Positions 15,722 through 24,979 of a DNA stretch of 32,000 nucleotides are shown here, one piece after another. The notes beneath the pieces were generated by a model. That model was not told the DNA's origin, searched no databases, and saw only the letters and a program-made list of their open reading frames with translations. Where the stretch lies: contig NC_000917.1 of the NCBI RefSeq assembly GCF_000008665.1, positions 1,290,001 through 1,322,000 on the forward strand, read 5' to 3'. Made by a program: the position numbers and the translations under genes. Positions within the stretch are counted from its first letter, which is position 1. The number at the start of each line of letters is the position of its first letter. This DNA comes from Archaeoglobus fulgidus DSM 4304. Lineage in GTDB: Archaea > Halobacteriota > Archaeoglobi > Archaeoglobales > Archaeoglobaceae.

Positions 15722-16285
15722 ATGGACGAAAAGGATAGAAAAATCATCTCAATCCTTCAGCAAAACGGAAAAGCTACACTCTCCCAGATAGCCGAAAAAA
15801 TGGGAATGTCTGCAATGGGTGTGAAAAAGAGGCTTGACAAGCTGGAGAAGGGTAAAATTAAGCTCACTCCCCTGCTGAACGTTGAGGAGCTAGGTATAAT
15901 AACTGCCGTCGTTGCGATGGAGGTTGAAAGCTCTGATGCGTTACGAAAGATTATCGAAAAATTCAGGGATTGTCCCAGAATAATCAAGTTTTTCGTCACA
16001 ACAGGCAGCTACAACCTGTTCGCGTTAATCTATGCCGAAGATTACCACTCGCTGGAGAGCATAACTTTGGAGAAGTGCTCTCTCAGGTCTCAGCCGGGTA
16101 TCAGGAGGTACGACATTTTCCCAATCCAGGAGATCTTCTACGACAGCTATCTCGACATAAAGGTTGTTGCGGAGAAGGAGAGAGAGGATGCCCCTTGCGG
16201 AGTATTCTGCGGCGACTGCTACAGGTATGAATCAAACAGATGCTTAGGCTGTCCTGCAACGAAATTCTACAGGGGCAGGCTGTAA
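15722..16285 (+). CDS. Lrp/AsnC-family transcriptional regulator with C-terminal Cys-rich (DUF3795-like) extension
   Basis: MDEKDRKIISILQQNGKATLSQIAEKMGMSAMGVKKRLDKLE is the HTH_AsnC motif. A RAM domain and a 35-aa tail (CGVFCGDCYRYESNRCLGC, 16196-16252) follow. Confidence 0.8.
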   Translation: MDEKDRKIISILQQNGKATLSQIAEKMGMSAMGVKKRLDKLEKGKIKLTPLLNVEELGIITAVVAMEVESSDALRKIIEKFRDCPRIIKFFVTTGSYNLFALIYAEDYHSLESITLEKCSLRSQPGIRRYDIFPIQEIFYDSYLDIKVVAEKEREDAPCGVFCGDCYRYESNRCLGCPATKFYRGRL

Positions 16286-16318
16286 AAATCGTAATCTTTT
16301 TTAATTAGGTTTTTAAGG

Positions 16319-18649
16319 ATGTGCATGGACAGAATTGAAAAGCTCATTAAAAAAGTTAGCAAACCTGCGAGGCTGAGCGTGGAGCGCTGCAGGCTCTACA
16401 CCGAGTCGATGAAGCAGACCGAAGGAGAGCCGATGATTATAAGGCAGGCTAAAGCCCTCAAGCACGTTCTTGAAAACATTCCAATCCAGATTCTCGACTC
16501 CGAGCTGATTGTTGGAACCATGCTGCCCAATCCTCCCGGAGCAATAATCTTTCCCGAAGGTGTTGGGCTCAGAATCATAAACGAGCTTGATTCTTTGCCG
16601 AATAGGGAAACGAACAGGCTGATGGTTGATGAAGAAGACGCAAAGGTTCTCAGAGAGGAGATTGCTCCTTACTGGCAGAGAAAAACGATTGAGGCCTTTG
16701 CCTTTCCCCTCATGCCGGACATAATGCAAATTCTATACACGGGCTCGGTCTTCGTTCTCACGGAAATAGCGGGAATTTCCCATGTTGCCGTGAACTATCC
16801 CTACCTTCTGAGGAGGGGGTTCAGGTGGTTTTTGGAGGAAAGCGAGAGAAGAATTAGAGCCCTTGAAGAGAGTGGTGTTTATGAAGGAGAAAAGTACTCA
16901 TTTTATCAGGCTGCAAAGATCGTTTCCGAGGCTGTTATCAATTACGGTCTGAGGTACTCCAAGCTCGCTGAGGAGCTTGCGGAAAGTGAGGATGGAGAGA
17001 GGAGAGAGGAGCTTTTGAAGATTGCTGAAATTTGCAGAAAAGTGCCCGCAGAAAAACCTGAAACCTTCTGGGAGGCCGTTCAGTTTGTCTGGCTTGTTCA
17101 AAGCGCTCTGCATCAGGAAAATTACGAGCAGGCAATCTCGATGGGAAGGATAGACCAGTACCTTTACCCCTTTTTCAAGAAAGACATTGGGGAGGGCAGG
17201 ATAAACAGAGAGCTGGCCTTTGACATCTTAGCCAATCTCTGGATAAAGACCAATGAAATCGTTCCAGCATTTGACTCCCTGCTTGAGCAGTATTTCAGCG
17301 GTCAGGCGACAAACCAGGCCGTAACGATCGGGGGCTGCGACATCTACGGAAATGATGCGACGAACGAGCTAACTTACTTGATGCTTGAGGTTACGGACAG
17401 GCTGAGGCTCAGACAGCCCAATGTTCACGTGAGGATAAACAAGGGATCTCCGGAAAGCTTTCTCAAGAGGCTGGCCGAGGCGATTTCCTCAGGCTGCAAC
17501 AACCTCGCCCTCTTCTTTGATGATGCTGCCGTTAAAGCCCTGAAAAACGCTGAAGTGGACGATAGAGACGCACTGAACTACACCACCGATGGCTGTGTGG
17601 AAATTGCGCCCTTTGGCAACAGCTTCACTTCCAGCGATGCGGCGCTGATAAACGTCGCAAAGGCGCTGGAGTACGCTCTGAACGAGGGGGTGGACTTGCA
17701 GTTCGGCTACGAATTTGGTGCCAAAACCGAAAAACCAAAATTCTTGGAAGACTTGCTGGAAAAGTTGAGGGAGCAGGTTTCACACATCGTAAAGCTGGTT
17801 GTTAGAGGGAGCAATGTTCTCAGCTATGCGAACGCGGAGGTTAAGCCAACTCCTCTGCTCTCTCTCTGCGTTGAGGACTGCTTTGAAAAGGGAGTTGATG
17901 TCTCGAGAGGAGGGGCGAGGTACAACTTCACGGGAATACAGGCTGTTGGCATTGCTGACGTTGGAGATTCGCTTGTAGCCATTGAGGGGGCTTTGAACGC
18001 CGGTTACTCAATGGATGATATTGTTGAGGCGTGTAGGAAAAACTTTGTCGGCTACGAAAAGCTGCACAAACTCCTTCTTCAGAGTCCTAAATACGGAAAT
18101 GACGATGATGCTGCAGATAAGTACACAAAAATGGTTCTGGAATGGTACTGTGAGGAGGTAAACAGGCACAGGAACTTCAGAGGCGGAAAGTTTGCTGCAG
18201 GTTGCTACCCCATGACGACTAACGTCGGGTTCGGCTTCTTCACCTCCGCCCTACCATCGGGAAGAAAAAGCGGAGAGCCGCTGAATCCGGGAGTAAGTCC
18301 ATCAACGGGAATGGACAGGGAAGGGGTTACGGCTGTGATAAACTCGGCATCCAAACTGAGCTACGAGAATCTTCCCAACGGTGCGTCTCTGACGATAAAC
18401 CTAAGCAGCGACGTGCTGGGAGAGAAGGGAGATGCAGTTATAGAGGCTCTGATTAAAAGCTCGATGGAGCTTGGCGTGATGCACGTTCAGTTCAACATCC
18501 TGAAGGAGGATTTGCTGAGAAAAGCGCAGCAGGAGCCGGAAAAGTACAGGTGGCTGCTGGTGAGGGTTGCAGGCTGGAGCGCTTACTTTGTTGAGCTGTC
18601 AAGGCCTGTGCAGGAGGAAGTAATAAGGAGAATATCATGCAGGATTTAG
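16319..18649 (+). CDS. pflD: Glycyl-radical enzyme, PFL2/dehydratase-like subclass
   Basis: 776 aa. The glycyl radical motif is RVAGWSAYF (Gly752, 18572-18574). There is a single catalytic Cys in DGCVE (Cys426, 17594-17596), not the CC pair of true PFL. The start is ATG 16319 or 16325. Confidence 0.9.
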   Translation: MCMDRIEKLIKKVSKPARLSVERCRLYTESMKQTEGEPMIIRQAKALKHVLENIPIQILDSELIVGTMLPNPPGAIIFPEGVGLRIINELDSLPNRETNRLMVDEEDAKVLREEIAPYWQRKTIEAFAFPLMPDIMQILYTGSVFVLTEIAGISHVAVNYPYLLRRGFRWFLEESERRIRALEESGVYEGEKYSFYQAAKIVSEAVINYGLRYSKLAEELAESEDGERREELLKIAEICRKVPAEKPETFWEAVQFVWLVQSALHQENYEQAISMGRIDQYLYPFFKKDIGEGRINRELAFDILANLWIKTNEIVPAFDSLLEQYFSGQATNQAVTIGGCDIYGNDATNELTYLMLEVTDRLRLRQPNVHVRINKGSPESFLKRLAEAISSGCNNLALFFDDAAVKALKNAEVDDRDALNYTTDGCVEIAPFGNSFTSSDAALINVAKALEYALNEGVDLQFGYEFGAKTEKPKFLEDLLEKLREQVSHIVKLVVRGSNVLSYANAEVKPTPLLSLCVEDCFEKGVDVSRGGARYNFTGIQAVGIADVGDSLVAIEGALNAGYSMDDIVEACRKNFVGYEKLHKLLLQSPKYGNDDDAADKYTKMVLEWYCEEVNRHRNFRGGKFAAGCYPMTTNVGFGFFTSALPSGRKSGEPLNPGVSPSTGMDREGVTAVINSASKLSYENLPNGASLTINLSSDVLGEKGDAVIEALIKSSMELGVMHVQFNILKEDLLRKAQQEPEKYRWLLVRVAGWSAYFVELSRPVQEEVIRRISCRI

Positions 18650-19545
18650 AGGGGAGAATTTTCAGAATACAGAGGTTCTCCATCCACGACGGGCCGGGCA
18701 TAAGGACTACGGTCTTTCTCAAAGGCTGTCCCCTTCGGTGCATCTGGTGCCACAACCCGGAGTCGCAAAGCTTCAGCTTGGAAGTTGGCTACAGGAAAGA
18801 GAGATGTCTCGGCTACCACGAATGCCTTAAATCGTGCGAAAGGAGTGCGATTGAAGCAAGTGAGGGCATTTCAGTGCTGAGAGAGAAGTGCGATGGATGC
18901 GGCAAATGCGTTGAAGCCTGCCCTTCAGGGGCTCTCGAAATTTACGGCATGGATGTCACTGCAAGCCATGTGATGGAAATTGTCGAGAGAGACAGAGTTT
19001 TTTACAAAAATTCGGGCGGTGGGGTGACCTTTTCCGGCGGGGAGCCATACTTTCAGCCCGACTTCCTCCTCTCTCTGCTTGAGGAGTGCAGGAACAGGGG
19101 GATAAGCGCAGCAGTGGACACCTCGGGCTTTACCGACTGGAAGGTCATTGAAACTTCGATGGAATTTGCCGACCTCTTCCTTTACGACCTGAAGGACTAC
19201 AGCAGCGAGAGGCACAGAAGGTTTTGCGGAGTTGGCAATGAACATATTCTGCAGAATTTGAAGAATCTTCTTGATGCTGGCAACAATGTGGTCGTGAGAA
19301 TTCCGGTTGTTCCGGGCTACAATTTTAGCGAGGACTTCGATAGCTACATTGAGATTCTGGCAAAGCTCGGCTGCAGAAGGATTGACCTCCTGCCCTTCCA
19401 TTCCTTGGCTAAGGACAAGTACAGATGGCTGGGCAGGGAGTGGTTGATGCCCGAAATCGGCGATGAGGCGAGAAGCATCGCATTAGCTTTTTCCGAAGCT
19501 CTCGAAGCTATGGGATTTGAAGTGACCGTTGGAGGATATTTTTGA
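18637..19545 (+). CDS. pflC: Glycyl-radical enzyme activating enzyme (radical SAM)
   Basis: GPGIRTTVFLKGCPLRCIWCHNP carries the CX3CX2C motif. A ferredoxin-like insert (CDGCGKCVEACP) is also present. The gene overlaps the GRE gene by 13 nt. Confidence 0.9.
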   Translation: MQDLEGRIFRIQRFSIHDGPGIRTTVFLKGCPLRCIWCHNPESQSFSLEVGYRKERCLGYHECLKSCERSAIEASEGISVLREKCDGCGKCVEACPSGALEIYGMDVTASHVMEIVERDRVFYKNSGGGVTFSGGEPYFQPDFLLSLLEECRNRGISAAVDTSGFTDWKVIETSMEFADLFLYDLKDYSSERHRRFCGVGNEHILQNLKNLLDAGNNVVVRIPVVPGYNFSEDFDSYIEILAKLGCRRIDLLPFHSLAKDKYRWLGREWLMPEIGDEARSIALAFSEALEAMGFEVTVGGYF

Positions 19546-19575
19546 TAACAAATGCTTGCAATTTAAATTCGTGAT

Positions 19576-19591
19576 AGAAAAGCTTATATAG
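19576..19591 (+). promoter_or_regulatory. BRE/TATA (agaaaagcttatatag) of the thermosome gene, with Shine-Dalgarno GGAGGTGA at 19620-19627
   Basis: An AT-rich TATA lies about 45 nt upstream of ATG 19634, and a strong SD lies 6 nt upstream of the ATG. Confidence 0.5.
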
Positions 19592-19633
19592 AAATACCAA
19601 TCCACCAATTTCTGCAATAGGAGGTGATGTGAA

Positions 19634-21271
19634 ATGGCAACGTTACAGGGTCAACCTGTGCTGATATTGAGGGAAGGTACCCAGAGGACTGTGGGCAGAG
19701 ATGCCCAGAGAATGAACATAATGGCCGCTCGCGTTATTGCTGAGGCAGTGAGGAGCACTCTTGGCCCAAAGGGAATGGACAAAATGCTCGTTGACAGCCT
19801 TGGAGATGTGGTCATTACAAACGATGGTGTGACAATTCTGAAGGAGATTGATGTTGAACACCCGGCAGCGAAGATGATTATCGAGGTGGCAAAGACCCAG
19901 GACAATGAGGTTGGTGATGGCACCACAACTGCAGTAGTTCTTGCCGGAGAGCTGCTGAAGAGGGCTGAGGAGCTTCTTGATCAGGAGATTCATCCTGCAA
20001 TAATCGCAAACGGTTACAGGTATGCTGCAGAAAAAGCTCTTGAAATTCTGAATGAGATTGCAATCCCAATCAGCAAGGATGATGATGAGATTTTGAAGAA
20101 GATTGCCACAACTGCAATGACTGGCAAGGGTGCAGAGGTGGCAATTGACAAGCTTGCCGAGATTGCAGTAAATGCGGTTAAGATGATTGCAGAGGAGTCA
20201 AATGGCCAAGTTGAGGTCAACACGGACTATATCAAGATTGAGAAGAGGCAGGGAGGAAGCATTGAGGAGACTGAGCTGGTAGATGGCATCGTCCTTGACA
20301 AAGAGGTTGTCCATCCGGGAATGCCGAAGAGAGTTGAGAACGCCAAGATTCTGCTGCTCGACTCAGCTCTGGAGGTTAAGGAGACTGAGATTGACGCCAA
20401 GATCAGAATCACCGACCCGGAGAAGCTCCAGAAGTTCATCGAGCAGGAGGAGGCAATGCTGAAGGAAATGGTTGACAAGATTGTCAACGCCGGAGCCAAC
20501 GTGGTCTTCTGCCAGAAAGGTATCGATGACCTTGCCCAGTACTACCTCGCAAAGGCTGGCGTGCTTGCTGTGAGGAGAGTGAAGAAGAGCGACATGGAGA
20601 AGCTGGCCAAGGCAACCGGAGCGAAGGTTCTGACAGACCTGAGAGACATCAGCAGCGAGGACCTCGGTGAGGCTGCACTCGTCGAGGAGAGGAAGGTTGG
20701 CGACGAGAAGATGGTTTTCGTCACCGGCTGCAAGAACCCCAAGGCGGTCACGATTCTTGTGAGGGGTGGAACAGAGCACGTCGTTGAGGAGATTGCAAGA
20801 GGTATTGAGGATGCGGTGAGGGCAGTTGCCTGCGCAGTTGAGGACGGCAAGGTTGTTGTTGGCGCTGGCGCTCCAGAAATCGAGGTAAGCCTGAAGCTAA
20901 GGGAGTGGGCTCCTTCACTCGGCGGCAGGGAGCAGCTGGCAGTTGAGGCCTTCGCAACAGCCCTCGAAATCATCCCGAGGACTCTGGCAGAGAACGCTGG
21001 TCTCGACCCGATTGACGTTCTTGTGGAGCTCAAGGCAGCCCACGAGAAGGGACAGAAATATGCAGGAGTTGACGTTGACACCGGAAAAGTCGTGGACATG
21101 AAGGAGAGGGGCGTCTTCGAGCCTCTGAGAGTCAAGACCCAGGCCATCGGCTCCGCCACTGAGGTTGCGGTGATGATTCTGAGAATCGACGACATCATCG
21201 CTGCCAAGGGACTTGAGAAGGAGAAGGGTGGAGGCGGAGAGGGTGGAATGCCCGAAATGCCTGAGTTCTAA
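19634..21271 (+). CDS. ths: Thermosome subunit (group II chaperonin)
   Basis: [10 protein letters not shown] and [15 protein letters not shown] are present, along with the full 545-aa length and the C-terminal [14 protein letters not shown] tail. Confidence 0.95.
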   Translation: MATLQGQPVLILREGTQRTVGRDAQRMNIMAARVIAEAVRSTLGPKGMDKMLVDSLGDVVITNDGVTILKEIDVEHPAAKMIIEVAKTQDNEVGDGTTTAVVLAGELLKRAEELLDQEIHPAIIANGYRYAAEKALEILNEIAIPISKDDDEILKKIATTAMTGKGAEVAIDKLAEIAVNAVKMIAEESNGQVEVNTDYIKIEKRQGGSIEETELVDGIVLDKEVVHPGMPKRVENAKILLLDSALEVKETEIDAKIRITDPEKLQKFIEQEEAMLKEMVDKIVNAGANVVFCQKGIDDLAQYYLAKAGVLAVRRVKKSDMEKLAKATGAKVLTDLRDISSEDLGEAALVEERKVGDEKMVFVTGCKNPKAVTILVRGGTEHVVEEIARGIEDAVRAVACAVEDGKVVVGAGAPEIEVSLKLREWAPSLGGREQLAVEAFATALEIIPRTLAENAGLDPIDVLVELKAAHEKGQKYAGVDVDTGKVVDMKERGVFEPLRVKTQAIGSATEVAVMILRIDDIIAAKGLEKEKGGGGEGGMPEMPEF

Positions 21272-21288
21272 TTTTTAATTTTTGTTTT
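21272..21288 (+). terminator. Oligo-T archaeal terminator (T5-aa-T5-g-T4)
   Basis: Three T tracts follow directly after the thermosome stop codon (TAA 21269-21271). Confidence 0.5.
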
Positions 21289-21388
21289 GGTTACCTGTAA
21301 AGCGTATTTGCTGGCGGCAGTTTTTTGGAATGGATTGCATCTGAATAATCGGCCAAATGCTTTTATTTACAAAGATAGGCAATAGCCT

Positions 21389-22705
21389 ATGCGGATAAAC
21401 TTTGAGGAAGTTGCGGAGAAGTCTCTTTCCGGTATTTACATACACGATGAAAAGTTCAGAATATCTTACGTTAACGAGATGGTTGTTAGAGCCACGAAAT
21501 ACTCCAAAGATGAGCTAATTGGTATGAGCGTTCTGAATCTGGCCCACGATGATGATGTACGGGTTTTAATCGACTCAACTAAAAGGGCCCTTTCGGGGGA
21601 GGAGGTCTTTTACGAAACGCGCTACGTTAGAAAGGATGGAAAGGTAAGGTGGGCATGGGGATTTGCACGCCCGATTGAGGTTAACGGCAAAAAGTACGTT
21701 CTCGGGAACTGGATTGATATAACGAGAGTGAAGGATCTGGAGCAGAAGCTGAGAGAGAGTGAGGAGTTCTACAGAACGCTGATAGAGGATTCACTGACTC
21801 CCGTTTACATCATTCAGGGAGGAAAAATGGTCTACGTAAACAGGGCCTTCGAGGAGTTCACCGGCTACACAAAGGATGAAGTTGTGGGGAGAAGCCCGTT
21901 TTTCATAATTCATCCGGAGGACAGGGAAGGGGTTTATGCGAAGTACATCGAGAGAGAATCGGGAAAAAGGGATGTGGACGTATACAGCTGGAGGATAATA
22001 ACAAAAAGGGGAGAGGTGAGATGGCTCACGGCAAGGCCCAGCAGAATCACCTACAAAGGGAGGCCGGCGGTAGCGGCTACGGTGGTTGACACAACTTCCA
22101 TCCACGAGCTCAACGAGAGGCTGAGAATGCGCGAGGACTACCTCCGACTTCTCAACAAAATTTTGAGGCACGACATCGCCAACGCTCTCGTCCTTGTAAG
22201 GGCTGTTCTGGAGGAGAGAGAGGATGAGCTTTCAAATAAGGCTCTTGCGAGAGTAGACCACATTGTCAAACTCATCAGAGAGGTTGCTGGCCTCGAATCC
22301 GCTCTTGAGGAGCTAAGACCGACGAAGATGGACGAACTGGTCAGGGAGGTTGCAGAGAACTTTGGAGTGGAGTTTGAGGGTGAGGAAGTAACAGTAATGG
22401 CCAACGAGAGCCTCAGAACGATTGCCTTCAACCTCATCCAGAATGCAATTCAGCACTCAGGTGGGGAGGTGAGGGTGGAGGTGAAGAAGGATGGTAGATG
22501 GGGAGTTCTGAGAGTGGCCGACACCGGGAAGGGAATACCGGACCACATAAAGCAGAGGATTTTTGAGGAGGGCTTCACGACAGGTGGAACTGGGATTGGT
22601 CTTTTCATCGTCAAAAAGCTCACCGACATACTTGGCGGGGCAATAAGCGTTTACGACAACGAGCCGAGCGGGACCATTTTTGAGGTGAGGTTTAAGGCGG
22701 TTTAG
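21389..22705 (+). CDS. Cytoplasmic sensor histidine kinase with two PAS domains
   Basis: Two PAS repeats are visible (...YVRKDGKVRWAWGF... and ...IITKRGEVRWLTARP...). The H-box is LLNKILRHDIANAL and the HATPase_c motifs are DTGKGIP and GTGIGLFIVKKL. There are no TM segments and no adjacent response regulator. Confidence 0.85.
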   Translation: MRINFEEVAEKSLSGIYIHDEKFRISYVNEMVVRATKYSKDELIGMSVLNLAHDDDVRVLIDSTKRALSGEEVFYETRYVRKDGKVRWAWGFARPIEVNGKKYVLGNWIDITRVKDLEQKLRESEEFYRTLIEDSLTPVYIIQGGKMVYVNRAFEEFTGYTKDEVVGRSPFFIIHPEDREGVYAKYIERESGKRDVDVYSWRIITKRGEVRWLTARPSRITYKGRPAVAATVVDTTSIHELNERLRMREDYLRLLNKILRHDIANALVLVRAVLEEREDELSNKALARVDHIVKLIREVAGLESALEELRPTKMDELVREVAENFGVEFEGEEVTVMANESLRTIAFNLIQNAIQHSGGEVRVEVKKDGRWGVLRVADTGKGIPDHIKQRIFEEGFTTGGTGIGLFIVKKLTDILGGAISVYDNEPSGTIFEVRFKAV

Positions 22706-22742
22706 GTAAAACGTTATTTACCCCTCGCAACCTTTTCCCTCC

Positions 22743-24719
22743 ATGAAGCTCGTCACCTGCGGCTTACCTTACGCTAACGGCAAGGCTCATGTCGGGCACC
22801 TCAGGACGTACGTTCCCGCTGACGTTTACGTCCGATATCTCAGAATGTCGGGAGAAGAGGTTGTTTTCGTTTGCGGGAGCGACTGTCACGGCACGCCGAT
22901 TGTTGTGAATGCCGAGCAGCAGGGTTTATCGCCAAAGGAACTTGTGGATATATATCACGAGCACTTCATCAAGATTTTTGACGCTTTGAACATAAAATTT
23001 GACTTCTACGGCAGAACGGACAGCGATTACCACCACCACCGCACCACTGAGATCGTGAAAAGGCTAATCGAAAAGGGCTATGTTTACCCCAAGGAGATTC
23101 AGCTTGCCTACTGCCCCAAATGCCAGAGATTTCTGCCTGACCGCTACGTTGAAGGAATCTGCCCGTACTGCGGTGCATTGGCAAGGGGAGATGAGTGTGA
23201 TCAGGGGTGTGGAAGGCATCTGGAGCCGGGGGAGATTAAGGAGCCGAGGTGTAAGATTTGCGGCAGCAAGGCCGAGTTCAGGAGCCAGAGGCACTACTTT
23301 TTCAAGCTGACCGAGTTTCAGGACTTTCTGGAGGATTATCTGTCCAAACTGAAGGGCACTGAGAATGCTCTGAACTACGCCAGAAATTGGGTTAAGAACC
23401 TGAGGGACTGGTGCATAACCAGAAACCTTGAGTGGGGGGTAAGGTTTCCGGGCGAGCCGAATCTGGTGGTTTACGTCTGGGTTGATGCCCCCATAGGCTA
23501 CATCAGCTTTACTGAGAAGGCTTGTGAGGAAAAGGGATGTGACTGGCGGAAAATATGGATTGATGGCGATGCTGAGATTATCCACTTTATAGGCCTCGAC
23601 ATCGTTTACCACCACTGCATTTTCTGGCCTGCGATGCTGAAAGGAGCTGACTACGCATTGCCTTCAGCGGTGGTGGCGAGCGGGATGGTCAAGGTTGAGG
23701 GCAAAACCTTCTCGAAGTCGAGGGGCTACGTTGTCTGGGTGGAGGAGGACTACCTGAAGTCGGGCCTGAGCCCTGATTATCTGAGATACTACATTGTAAA
23801 CTACACCAGCCACCAGAAGGACCTGAACTTCTCATGGGAGGTCTTCAGGGAGAAGGTCAACAACGAGGTTATCGCCACTCTCGGAAACTTCCTCTACAGA
23901 GTGCTGCTGTTTGCGTGGAAAAACTTTGGCGAAGTAAGGATGGAGGGCGTTGACGAGGAAGTTCTGGAGAAAATCAGGGAGACCGAGCAAAAAATTCTCT
24001 CAGCCCTTGAGGAGTGGGAGTTTAAAGCTGCGAGTGATGCCTTCATGGAGCTTGCCACTTACGGAAACGTTTACTTCCAGAACGCCAAGCCGTGGGAGCT
24101 AATAAAGACTGACAAGGAGGCAGCAAGAAGGGCTGTTGCTTCGTGCCTTCAGCTTGCCAAAGCTCTCATAATATTCGCATATCCGGTAATGCCGGAAAGC
24201 ATGGAGAGGATGGCAAAAGCAATAGGCCTTGATTTGGAGAATGTAAGATTAAGCGACGCTTACAAAGTTGATGAAGTCATGAAGCTCAGCAAACCTGAGG
24301 TGCCCTTCGCCAAGGTGGAGGATGAGGTTATCGAGAAGCTGCAGAAGGTGATGGAGAAGAGGTTCAGGGGAGAGGGAGAGAAAATGGAGCAGAAGGAGGA
24401 AATAAGCATAGAGGACTTCCAGAAACTTGACATCCGCATTGGTAGAGTTTTGAAGGCCGAGAAGGTGAAAAAGAGCAAGAAGCTCATCAAGCTCATTATT
24501 GACATAGGCGACGAGCAGAGGCAAATAGTGTCTGGAATTGCAGAGGACTACACTCCGGAAGAGCTTGAGGGGAAGCTTGTCGTGGTGCTTGCGAACCTAA
24601 AGCCGGCAAAGTTCATGGGCGTTGAGAGCAGAGGAATGATTCTCGCTGCTGAGAAGGATGGAAAAGCAGTGCTGCTGACCCCTGAGAAGGAGGTTGAGCC
24701 CGGGACGAGGGTTTGCTAA
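22743..24719 (+). CDS. metG: Methionyl-tRNA synthetase with C-terminal tRNA-binding (Trbp111-like) domain
   Basis: [12 protein letters not shown] is the HIGH motif. Zinc knuckles are CPKC...CPYC and C..C..CKIC, and TFSKSRG is the KMSKS motif. The C-terminus is [13 protein letters not shown]...[15 protein letters not shown]. Confidence 0.95.
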   Translation: MKLVTCGLPYANGKAHVGHLRTYVPADVYVRYLRMSGEEVVFVCGSDCHGTPIVVNAEQQGLSPKELVDIYHEHFIKIFDALNIKFDFYGRTDSDYHHHRTTEIVKRLIEKGYVYPKEIQLAYCPKCQRFLPDRYVEGICPYCGALARGDECDQGCGRHLEPGEIKEPRCKICGSKAEFRSQRHYFFKLTEFQDFLEDYLSKLKGTENALNYARNWVKNLRDWCITRNLEWGVRFPGEPNLVVYVWVDAPIGYISFTEKACEEKGCDWRKIWIDGDAEIIHFIGLDIVYHHCIFWPAMLKGADYALPSAVVASGMVKVEGKTFSKSRGYVVWVEEDYLKSGLSPDYLRYYIVNYTSHQKDLNFSWEVFREKVNNEVIATLGNFLYRVLLFAWKNFGEVRMEGVDEEVLEKIRETEQKILSALEEWEFKAASDAFMELATYGNVYFQNAKPWELIKTDKEAARRAVASCLQLAKALIIFAYPVMPESMERMAKAIGLDLENVRLSDAYKVDEVMKLSKPEVPFAKVEDEVIEKLQKVMEKRFRGEGEKMEQKEEISIEDFQKLDIRIGRVLKAEKVKKSKKLIKLIIDIGDEQRQIVSGIAEDYTPEELEGKLVVVLANLKPAKFMGVESRGMILAAEKDGKAVLLTPEKEVEPGTRVC

Positions 24720-24979
24720 CTATTCAAAGATTATCATAGACGCGATTTCGAGCAGGTTCAAGGCTAAGGATGAGCAAAGACCCGGTCACTTCACAATCAT
24801 TATCAGCCACCAGAGGGGTCTGTACTTCATCCTTTCTTCGCAGCAACCTTCCTTTTAAAGCTTCCTCAGATAAGATGGGGTCAATAGTGTCGTCAATTTT
24901 ATCAAATTTACAAATTTATAAATATTCTATTGTATACAGAATTGGATTTTGTACGGCAAAAATGCCTATAGCGCATCGT

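Noticed and set aside
19546-19633. A heat-shock regulator operator upstream of the thermosome gene (a palindrome of the CTAAC-N5-GTTAG type that I recall for Archaeoglobus HSR1).
   Set aside because: I found no such palindrome in the spacer. Only the TATA box and the Shine-Dalgarno are supported.
20542-21207. A 221-aa minus-strand ORF, together with several others (19643-20779) inside the thermosome gene.
   Set aside because: These are antisense to a full-length, highly conserved thermosome. Their translations are Ser/Ala/Thr-rich low-complexity sequence, which is typical of shadow frames.
24738-24772. A possible degenerate att repeat. The sequence gcgatttcgagcaggttcaagg loosely resembles the tRNA-Cys T-arm region ccggattcgaaccggggtaaag.
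   Set aside because: Only about 14 of 20 positions match, and gaps are needed. By eye this cannot be told apart from chance, so I list it only as something a sensitive aligner should test.
24740-24915. A minus-strand open frame of about 60 codons (…DKIDDTIDPILSEEALKGRLLRRKDEVQTPLVADNDCEVTGSLLILSLEPARNRVYDNL) in the metG/AN1 spacer.
   Set aside because: It has no ATG, GTG or TTG start near its 5' end and no recognisable motif. It may be gene debris from the island, but I cannot support it as a CDS.
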